Below are positions 57,194 to 64,000 of a DNA stretch of 64,000 nucleotides, piece after piece. Each line of letters starts with the position of its first letter. The stretch's first letter is position 1. The stretch covers positions 273,747 through 337,746 of the forward strand of contig CAWBWB010000005.1 of NCBI GenBank assembly GCA_963792495.1, read 5' to 3'. Under the pieces are notes generated by a model. It was not told the origin of the DNA. It saw nothing but the letters and a program-made list of their open reading frames with translations, and searched no databases. Made by a program: the position numbers and the translations under genes. The stretch is from an uncultured Acidobacteriaceae bacterium. GTDB taxonomy: Bacteria > Acidobacteriota > Terriglobia > Terriglobales > Acidobacteriaceae.

Positions 57194-57280
57194 TCACTCT
57201 CCTTCGTCACTTCCAGGTTGTTAAGAGCCATGTTGTTGACCAACAACTGGTCGAATCAGCAGCTACCTTAGCCGCCGAGC

Positions 57281-57347
57281 GCCTGAAAGTCCTGAAGAAC
57301 GGCCTGAAAAACTCTGAGGAGTTCTGAAATCAGCCTTTATCCTGAAG
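57281..57347. promoter_or_regulatory. Array of phased CTGA(A) direct repeats, probable winged-helix regulator binding sites
   Basis: CTGA at 57283, 57292, 57304, 57314, 57324, 57342. Confidence 0.55.
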
Positions 57348-57461
57348 GAAACAGGCCGATCCCCCCCTTTTGAGCCCAGGCGGCATCCCCAGTCCTGCTC
57401 GGGATAAAATCGTCAAGCGTCATCTCGTATTCCTCAAGGACACAAGGTAGTAGCCATCCGT

Positions 57462-58415
57462 ATGGAACCCGCCTCAACCAGACTGCTTCGAATTGGCACC
57501 TGGTGCCTCAACCCAATCTCCGGCCAGATTTCGCGAGAGGGAGAAAGCGTCCGGCTCGAAGCGCGAACGCTGCGTCTGCTCGTATGCCTCGCCGACCACG
57601 CGGGCCAGGTCGTAACCTTCGACGACCTCCTCAATCACGTATGGCCCGGAGTCACTGTCTCGCAGGACTCCGTCTACCAGGCCGTTGCCTCGCTGCGCAA
57701 ACTCCTTGGCGACGATCCAAAGCAGCCCGAATACATTGCCACAGTTCCGCGTCTCGGCTATCGCATGGTCGCCACCGTCTCCCCGTGGCAAGAGCAGGCA
57801 GCCGCTCCACCCCTCCCGTTGGCAGCCTCTGAACCCGGCCCCGCGCCCGCTGCACCGGAACATACGCAGAAACAAGAGAGCCGGCGCAACAAAGCTCTCT
57901 GGGCAATCATCCCCATCGCCTGCCTCGCGCTTGTGCTGGTCGCTTACCTCGCTTTGCGCTCCGGCATCGGGGGAGCGGGTCACACACAGCCACCCGTCGT
58001 CGCCGCCCACCAGACGCAGCGCTCCGTAGCAGTACTGCCCTTTCTCGATCTCACCCAGGGCATGAGGCAGGGAGAGTTCGCCGATGGCATGACCGAGGAA
58101 CTCATCGACAAACTCAGCAAGCTCCCCGGAATGCACGTGCCCTCGCCCACTTCGTCTTTCTATTACCGGGATAAGGAGATGCCCGTAGCCGACATCGCCA
58201 AGGCGCTTGGAGTCGCCTACATATTAGATGGAAGCGTTCGCAAATCAGGAGATCGAGTCCGTGTGGCCACGCGGCTCATTCGCGCGGACAATGGATTCGT
58301 CGTGTGGACCGAAACCTATGATCGCCCATTTCACGATCTGCTCATGGTGCAGGACGACATTGCAAGCGAAGTAACCAGGGCCCTCGGAGCATCCACAGAA
58401 CTCAACACCCGCTGA
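57462..58415 (+). CDS. CadC/ToxR-like membrane-anchored regulator (wHTH - TM - TolB-like periplasmic domain)
   Basis: LLVCLA..AGQVV..DDLL..VW, IATVPRLGYR; TM; SVAVLPF.D, GMTEELI, GSVRK.G.RVR. Confidence 0.88.
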   Translation: MEPASTRLLRIGTWCLNPISGQISREGESVRLEARTLRLLVCLADHAGQVVTFDDLLNHVWPGVTVSQDSVYQAVASLRKLLGDDPKQPEYIATVPRLGYRMVATVSPWQEQAAAPPLPLAASEPGPAPAAPEHTQKQESRRNKALWAIIPIACLALVLVAYLALRSGIGGAGHTQPPVVAAHQTQRSVAVLPFLDLTQGMRQGEFADGMTEELIDKLSKLPGMHVPSPTSSFYYRDKEMPVADIAKALGVAYILDGSVRKSGDRVRVATRLIRADNGFVVWTETYDRPFHDLLMVQDDIASEVTRALGASTELNTR

Positions 58416-58449
58416 TCCAATTTGCGTACACTGGCTTATCTCGCAGACC

Positions 58450-58782
58450 ATGAAATACCCCATCACCCCCGACGGCCGCTACTTCGTTGTTCGTGGCCGT
58501 CTCTGGCGCTGCACCAATCCGCATCTTCCCCCGGAACAAAGAGCGCAACTCACCAGCGCGCTCATGCAGGCCCGCCGCAACAAAGGCCGCGCCATGCGCG
58601 CCGGCAATGCCGAAGCCCGCGAGCAGGCTCGCCGGCAAGTCGATCAAGCCAAGCAGGCATTAGGGGAGCGAGGCCCGGTCTGGTGGAAAGACGGTGCCCC
58701 TGATTTCAATCGCAAGATGGCCCGCAACACGCCCTACGCGGCCTGGTTTGAAAGCCTCAATCCACGCAATTCCTCCGCATGA
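58450..58782 (+). CDS. Conserved-looking small hypothetical protein
   Basis: YPITPDGRYFVVRGRLWR..NP...LGERGPVWW.DGAPD. Confidence 0.75.
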   Translation: MKYPITPDGRYFVVRGRLWRCTNPHLPPEQRAQLTSALMQARRNKGRAMRAGNAEAREQARRQVDQAKQALGERGPVWWKDGAPDFNRKMARNTPYAAWFESLNPRNSSA

Positions 58783-58864
58783 ACATGCTCCGCAGGCGTC
58801 GTTCTCAATCAAACGCCTTCATTTCCCCTTTGCGTTCATGCGTAGAACCAAGCAAAATGCAGTC

Positions 58865-59794
58865 ATGGGGAACTCCATGAAATTGGCGGCCGTTCTATTC
58901 GCAGCACTCCTGGCTGCTAGTCCTCTCGTCGCGCAGGATGCCGCATCGCTCAGCCAGTTCTTTGAGGGCAAACAGGTCGTCGTCAAGATCGACATGCCGG
59001 GCACCCAGCAGGGCGTCGACATCTACCCTCAAAAAACCAGCATGCTCGATGCCAAGGCTTACGGAAAACGCATGAAGAGCTTTCCCGCCGCGCTCCACAC
59101 CGGCGACTCCGTCATGATCACCACCGTCAAGGTGAAAGACAAGCTCATTGAGTTTCAGCTTGGAGGAGGCGGCTTCGGCACCCTGGGCGACGATACCGAT
59201 GTCTCCGTCAAGTTCACGCCCGCGCCCAAGAGTGATCGCGAAAAGGACCTCGAGAATCAGCTCACATTCGCCTACGATGACCCCGATAAAAAAGCCGCCA
59301 TCCAGCGCCAGCTTGACGATCTAAGACGCCGCCGCGAGCGAGACGACCAGCGCAACAAAGCCATCGCCGAGCAGGCAGCCCGCAACAAAAAGTATCAGGT
59401 CGACGAAGACCGCAGCAAAGGCGGCTCCCGCTTCAACCTGAAATATGACGGCAAAGTACCCGTCGGCATCACACCCCAGGACATCATGGCTGCGCTGAGC
59501 CAATACGTAACTTTCCCACCAGCATTAACCGGCCAGGCATTAACGGGCCAAGGCCAGCCATCAGCAGCCGCAGCGCCCGCCAGCACAAATCCACCCGCCG
59601 CCAACATCAATGGCCTGCAAAAAGGCATGACCCTGCAACAGGTAAGAGCGCTCCTGGGAAATCCAACTCATGCAGCAGACGCCGAACACGACGGACTTCA
59701 AGTCCACTCAGAAACCTATCAGCATGGAAACTCCACCACCCATGCTGATTTCGTAAATGGCGTCCTGGTCCGTTATTCCGTAGAAGTGCAGTGA
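58865..59794 (+). CDS. Exported hypothetical protein with C-terminal SmpA/OmlA-like domain
   Basis: Signal peptide; GGGGFG; coiled coil; LQKGMTLQQVRALLGNP. Confidence 0.75.
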   Translation: MGNSMKLAAVLFAALLAASPLVAQDAASLSQFFEGKQVVVKIDMPGTQQGVDIYPQKTSMLDAKAYGKRMKSFPAALHTGDSVMITTVKVKDKLIEFQLGGGGFGTLGDDTDVSVKFTPAPKSDREKDLENQLTFAYDDPDKKAAIQRQLDDLRRRRERDDQRNKAIAEQAARNKKYQVDEDRSKGGSRFNLKYDGKVPVGITPQDIMAALSQYVTFPPALTGQALTGQGQPSAAAAPASTNPPAANINGLQKGMTLQQVRALLGNPTHAADAEHDGLQVHSETYQHGNSTTHADFVNGVLVRYSVEVQ

Positions 59795-59816
59795 AGAAAG
59801 AACTTTGATCCACCCT

Positions 59817-59945
59817 TTAGATCCGTACGACCGGAACTTCGGCACCGGTCGTGAAGGTCGCATCGAGCGCGAGGCAGAGGACGGCCTTTGCGATTTCCTC
59901 CGACGTCCCCCAGCGCTTCTCCGGGACACCGCGTTCAAGGATGCC
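59817..59945 (-). pseudogene. Remnant C-terminus of a classical SDR oxidoreductase
   Basis: VPEKRWGTSEEIAKAVLCLALDATFTTGAEVPV resembles the SDR P..R.G.PEE.A...FL....F.TG tail; no N-terminus. Confidence 0.65.
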
Positions 59946-59947
59946 AG

Positions 59948-60898
59948 TTAAGACAAGTCCACGCCGGAGACCTTGACGACGGCCTGCCACGCGGCTTCCT
60001 GACTCGCGCGATCGTGCAGGTGTGGCTGGCGCTGCACCTCGATTGGGCCTGAGAACTTCCCTTTGGCCGAGGCGAAGAATTGCCCTGAGACGTCTGTTCC
60101 GAACTCCGACGCCTGGATGTAGCGACCGGCCGCGGTCTCCGGCGTCTGGTTCATGCCGGGAATGAGGTTCACGATTGGGATAAACAGATACTTCAACATC
60201 GGGCCAGCGCTTCGCACCACCTTGGTTGCGGTCGCCCCACCGGGCGAGACAGCGTACACCGCCATTCCGGAGGGCAGCCGGCGTGCCAGTGCAGCGGTCC
60301 ACCAGGCGATGATGAGCTTCGCGTCGGCGTACGCGTTGTTAGGCACGTACTTCACGTTCGGCCCGTTGCGGATCAGCTCTTCCACAGCGGCGGTCCGGTT
60401 GCCTTCGTGGTATTTGGCCGCGAATTCGGGCAGGTCGGTGTACTGGAACATGGGTACGCCCCCACGGGCAGGCTCGGCGCCGGCGATAACGATCCGGGCA
60501 TTGGGACTCAGCAGGTTGGCATGGAGCAACCCAACAGTCAGTTGATGATGCCCAATGAGCGGAGCCTGAGAAACTTCGACGCCCGCCGCAGTGAGCACGC
60601 GCTGCTTAAAGGGAACCAACCCCGCATTGAGCAGCAGGAAATCGACCGGCCGGCCTTGCTTGACCAGCGCGGCGACGGCGGAGTGAACGTTCACTGGGTC
60701 GTTCAGATCCAACTCCAGCGGCGTGAAGACCTGCCTTTCGGTCTTCGCCGCGAGTTGAGCGGCCGTTTCCTTGATCTGGGCCAGGCTGCGTCCGGTGACG
60801 ATGACCTCGCGGTAGCCCTTTGTGGCGAGTAAGCGGGCTGCCGCATAACCGAGCCCGGAAGTAGCACCGGTGACGAGAGCGATGGAATGTTTCATCAT
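59948..60898 (-). CDS. Short-chain dehydrogenase/reductase
   Basis: TGATSGLG, NAG, YADAK (YxxxK). Confidence 0.9.
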   Translation of the reverse strand: MMKHSIALVTGATSGLGYAAARLLATKGYREVIVTGRSLAQIKETAAQLAAKTERQVFTPLELDLNDPVNVHSAVAALVKQGRPVDFLLLNAGLVPFKQRVLTAAGVEVSQAPLIGHHQLTVGLLHANLLSPNARIVIAGAEPARGGVPMFQYTDLPEFAAKYHEGNRTAAVEELIRNGPNVKYVPNNAYADAKLIIAWWTAALARRLPSGMAVYAVSPGGATATKVVRSAGPMLKYLFIPIVNLIPGMNQTPETAAGRYIQASEFGTDVSGQFFASAKGKFSGPIEVQRQPHLHDRASQEAAWQAVVKVSGVDLS

Positions 60899-60983
60899 AT
60901 TTACGTCCTGCGTATCGGTTTTGATGTATTACATACGCGAGAGTACGATATACAAAGCGACAATGCAAGGAGTTTCGTACGCA

Positions 60984-61601
60984 ATGGTAACTAATATTCC
61001 GAAACGCGCCCTAGGGCGTCCAAAAGGCTTTATCCCCGACGAAGCACTCGACCGTGCCGTGGAGATGTTTTGGGAGCATGGGTATGAGGGAGTCGACGTG
61101 GACAGGATCGCGCGTGCCGTGAACGTCACAAAACCCGCGCTATACCGAGCCTTCGGAGACAAGTCCACTCTGCTGCTGAGGGCCGTCGAGCGCTATGCGC
61201 TGATCTACGGAGCGCCTAAAATGGCAGCGTTTCTTGCGGAGCCTGACATCCACAAGGCCGTGACTGCATTTTGCGAGGCTACCGTCAACACCGCGACAGG
61301 CGACGCTCGTAGCGGCTGCATGTTGGCCGCCGCTGCGCTGGGACATTCGGAGCGGGTAAAAGAAATCCGTTCCTGGCTCGCGAATGGTTTCACAGCAAAC
61401 GCTGATATTTTCGCGAAACGTTTCGAGCAGGAGATAAAGGCGGGGCGACTGACCCGCACGCCCTCTGCCAAGGTACGCGGGCGTTTGCTCGTTGATTTGT
61501 TGCAGGGTGTTCAGCTTCGCGCCAAGGTAGGTATCACTCGCGAGGAACTGCTGAAAGATGTCCGAGGCTATGTGCCCCTGATTCTAGGCGAGCAAATCTA
61601 A
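60984..61601 (+). CDS. TetR/AcrR-family regulator divergent from the SDR
   Basis: GRPK...ALDRAVEMFWEHGYEG....IARAVNVTKPALYRAFGDK. Confidence 0.92.
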   Translation: MVTNIPKRALGRPKGFIPDEALDRAVEMFWEHGYEGVDVDRIARAVNVTKPALYRAFGDKSTLLLRAVERYALIYGAPKMAAFLAEPDIHKAVTAFCEATVNTATGDARSGCMLAAAALGHSERVKEIRSWLANGFTANADIFAKRFEQEIKAGRLTRTPSAKVRGRLLVDLLQGVQLRAKVGITREELLKDVRGYVPLILGEQI

Positions 61602-61706
61602 CGCCTTTGCTGCGCCCCTTGGCGCTGCTTTTGTAGCATTCGCCGAAAAGTAAATCTGATTTTTTTGCATCGGCAAAACTACCAGCGCAATCTCATTGAC
61701 AGAATG

Positions 61707-61724
61707 AGAGTACGGTCGTACTCT
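61707..61724. promoter_or_regulatory. TetR operator overlapping a TTGACA-17bp-TACTCT promoter
   Basis: AGAGTACG-GT-CGTACTCT; same motif recurs at 62331-62352. Confidence 0.85.
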
Positions 61725-61731
61725 TTGGACA

Positions 61732-62316
61732 ATGCGATATTCCCTGGAACATAAAGCGAAGAATCACGAAAACATTGTTTCTGTTGCCGCCCGCTCTTTT
61801 CGCGAACACGGCGGTGACTCCAGCGGCATCGGAACAGTGATGAAGAGAGTTGGCCTTACCAAAGGAGGCTTCTACCGGCATTTCAAGAGCAAGAACGACC
61901 TCTTCGTGGAAGCCATGGCGCGAGCAATTGACGAGACAGGAAACAGCATGGTGCAGGCTGCAAAGGCCGCGCCGGAAGGCGAGGCTCTGCGGGCTATCAT
62001 CGAGCGCTATCTGAGCGTGGGCCACGCCAATTCGCCCGGAAACGGTTGCGTGCGCGCGACCCTCGGGCCGGAACTGGCAAGGAAACCAATCGCAGTGCGG
62101 AGAAAGATCGAAGCGTTGTTAAAGGGATATCGTGAGCGCCTGGTGCCATTCATGCCCGGCCACACGCTGGAAGAAAAGCGGGCAAAGATTCGGTTATTGT
62201 TTCCCAGCATGGCAGGAGTCCTGATGATGTCCCGGGTCATTGCCACTCCTGAAAAACGTCAGCAGTACCTGATGGAGGCGAGAGAGTTTTTCATCCGCTC
62301 CTTCGTCGAGAAGTAA
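61732..62316 (+). CDS. TetR/AcrR-family regulator
   Basis: IVSVAARSFREHG....IGTVMKRVGLTKGGFYRHFKSK. Confidence 0.93.
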   Translation: MRYSLEHKAKNHENIVSVAARSFREHGGDSSGIGTVMKRVGLTKGGFYRHFKSKNDLFVEAMARAIDETGNSMVQAAKAAPEGEALRAIIERYLSVGHANSPGNGCVRATLGPELARKPIAVRRKIEALLKGYRERLVPFMPGHTLEEKRAKIRLLFPSMAGVLMMSRVIATPEKRQQYLMEAREFFIRSFVEK

Positions 62317-62322
62317 TTTTTT

Positions 62323-62360
62323 TTGCGCCGAAAGAGTACGCTCGTACTCTTTTGGCGCAA
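62323..62360. promoter_or_regulatory. Second TetR operator within a 38-bp inverted repeat
   Basis: TTGCGCC.AAAGAGTACG-CT-CGTACTCTTT.GGCGCAA. Confidence 0.85.
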
Positions 62361-62383
62361 CACAACTCCATACTCGCTTCGAG

Positions 62384-62803
62384 GTGAACAAAATGAAATC
62401 GATGATCCCATTTCTCTTTGCAATGATGCCCATGGCGGCGGCGACGCAATCACCCTCCGGCGGTGGCTCAGGCGTGCCCAGCCCGGCCGTTCCTCCAACA
62501 ACCGAAGTGCTGGTCATTGAAACGCCCAGGCAAGGCGTAACTCTCCAGCAGATCATGGCTGTGCTGCCCTCGGAGGTGCGCGCAACTGTGAAGCTCTACC
62601 TCGATGGAAAGATTCGCCAGTGGTATTCGCGCGGCGATGGCAAAGGGGTTGTCTTCTTCGTCGACGCAAAGACCGAAGAGGAGGCGCGCGCCATTATGGA
62701 AACGCTGCCGCTCGCCAAGGAACATCTGATGGATCATCAGTACATTCCACTCGGACCCTTGATGCCGCTCAGAATGTTGATCGGCCCTCCGGCGCAGCAG
62801 TAG
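62384..62803 (+). CDS. Exported muconolactone-isomerase/YciI-like alpha+beta barrel protein
   Basis: Signal-like N-terminus; LYLDGKIRQWY...GVVF..DA...EEARA.M..LPL...PLGP. Confidence 0.65.
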   Translation: MNKMKSMIPFLFAMMPMAAATQSPSGGGSGVPSPAVPPTTEVLVIETPRQGVTLQQIMAVLPSEVRATVKLYLDGKIRQWYSRGDGKGVVFFVDAKTEEEARAIMETLPLAKEHLMDHQYIPLGPLMPLRMLIGPPAQQ

Positions 62804-62952
62804 CTTTGCGCGCTAGGATGCGTCGTCATGCGGCACAACCCGGCAACCGGCGCACCCTCGGCAACCCGTCGCGCCCGCGCGTTACCGGGCCAATATCCGC
62901 GCCACCAGTTACGTCCGCCACAAGCTGAACTTTGAATAAGGAGACGCTCACC

Positions 62953-63471
62953 GTGCCACAACAGATGATCTGGTTTTTCGCAAGCATCGCATTCAGCCTC
63001 ATCGCGTGGAGCATAGTCACCGCGCAATATCTCTGGCCTCAGCTCCGCCTCCGGCCACGCGCTGAAGCCTTGCGGCCTCTGCTCATCCTCCACAGCTTCC
63101 GCTTCATTGGTCTGGCATTTATCGTGCCGGGGGTAGTGTCGCCGGACCTGCCGCCTGTCTTCGCCCATTCGGCCGCCTATGGAGACTTCATTGCAGCCAT
63201 ACTCGCACTGCTTGCGCTGTTATTACTGCCCAGCGCCGCCGGAGTCGCTGTCGCGTGGATCGCAAATCTCTGGGGCGCAGCCGATATCCTCAATGCGTTC
63301 TACCAGGCCAATCACGCCGGACTGTTAGCGGGGCAATTGGGAGCCACATTCTTCCTTCCCACATTGATAGTGCCGCTGCTCCTGATTACGCACCTAATTG
63401 CTTTCCGCATTCTCGTGCAACATCAAAATGTAACCGCAGCCCAGCAAAACCCTCAACAAGCGCTCAACTAA
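62953..63471 (+). CDS. Hypothetical integral membrane protein
   Basis: LHSFRFIG..F..PGVV, AYGD..AA, five hydrophobic segments; GTG after AAGGAG. Confidence 0.78.
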   Translation: MPQQMIWFFASIAFSLIAWSIVTAQYLWPQLRLRPRAEALRPLLILHSFRFIGLAFIVPGVVSPDLPPVFAHSAAYGDFIAAILALLALLLLPSAAGVAVAWIANLWGAADILNAFYQANHAGLLAGQLGATFFLPTLIVPLLLITHLIAFRILVQHQNVTAAQQNPQQALN

Positions 63472-63540
63472 CGCATAGTCTCCACGCGCTCACAAATCGC
63501 CAACACAGGGATAACCATCCCCGCCGGACCCAACCACCGC

Positions 63541-63807
63541 CCGTCATCCTGACCGTAGGCGTTTTTCAGCCGGAGGGAAGGACCTGCTTTTGTCTTTGCC
63601 GTTGTTTTTGCCTTTCGCCAATCCCACCACAAATCCGGGGTGCCCCACATCTCGATTCTGAGATGTGGAATAACCACCCCACCGAACCCAACCACCGTCC
63701 GTCATCCTGACCGTAGGCGTTTTTCAGCCGGAGGGAAGGACCTGCTTTTGTCTTTGTTTTTGTCTTTGGTTTTACGTGTGCCCCACATCTCGCTTTTGAG
63801 ATGTGGG
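63541..63807. repeat. BIME-like REP array, same families as 264-795 but inverted
   Basis: CCGTCATCCTGACCGTAGGCGTTTTTCAGCCGGAGGGAAGGACCTGCTTTT at 63541 and 63699; GTGCCCCACATCTC..GAGATGTGG at 63640 and 63778. Confidence 0.9.
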
Positions 63808-64000
63808 ACCGGCTTCCCTCAACCTGTCAGGGCCGGCAAGCAGGCGGAGCCGGCCCGATCAGATCAAACTCCCCCATTACTTTGGTCCAATCACGCCCAA
63901 TGCCCTTCCGTACCCAAAGCCCACCTCAGATAGTTTGCACCCAATTATGGGGTTTTATGTTCTAATCAATATCAGCAGTCAAAGGCCCGGCTTAAAAAGC

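Noticed and set aside
63938-63966. TTATGTTCTAAT as a XerD arm of dif
   Set aside because: No XerC arm at the correct spacing

Overview
64 kb of a GC-rich bacterial chromosome. Gene content points to Acidobacteriota (Terriglobia-like): three Oar-type TonB-dependent receptors, Ig-repeat proteins and characteristic REP repeats. The left ~23 kb is core genome (purD end, rpsU, prfA-prmC, frr, gcvT, aspS-hisS) interspersed with toxin-antitoxin genes and remnants. Two inward-facing tRNAs (Phe-GAA 23042-23116 on +, Val-GAC 51379-51456 on -) bracket a ~28 kb accessory block. That block holds a vsr-dcm-endonuclease restriction-modification operon, glycoside hydrolases, a large Ig-repeat surface protein, two TonB receptors, a LacI/SSS/GH35 carbohydrate locus and a complete cargo-carrying IS1595-family element. 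The right end has pgsA, a third TonB receptor and small regulator-target modules. Most notable observations: (1) a surface protein whose last Ig domain appears split by a membrane hairpin plus internal lipobox, a candidate undescribed anchoring system; (2) an intact IS1595 with 8-bp TSD carrying a coupled DUF3800-like/small-protein operon downstream of tRNA-Val; (3) a MITE nested in the centre of a REP palindrome that itself carries REP copies; (4) a probable CGATCG-type RM system next to a degenerate tRNA copy; (5) a G-to-C skew switch with REP arrays inverted on either side, suggesting the replication terminus; (6) a ~175-nt rod-like candidate ncRNA. All family assignments are from motif recognition by eye; no searches were run.
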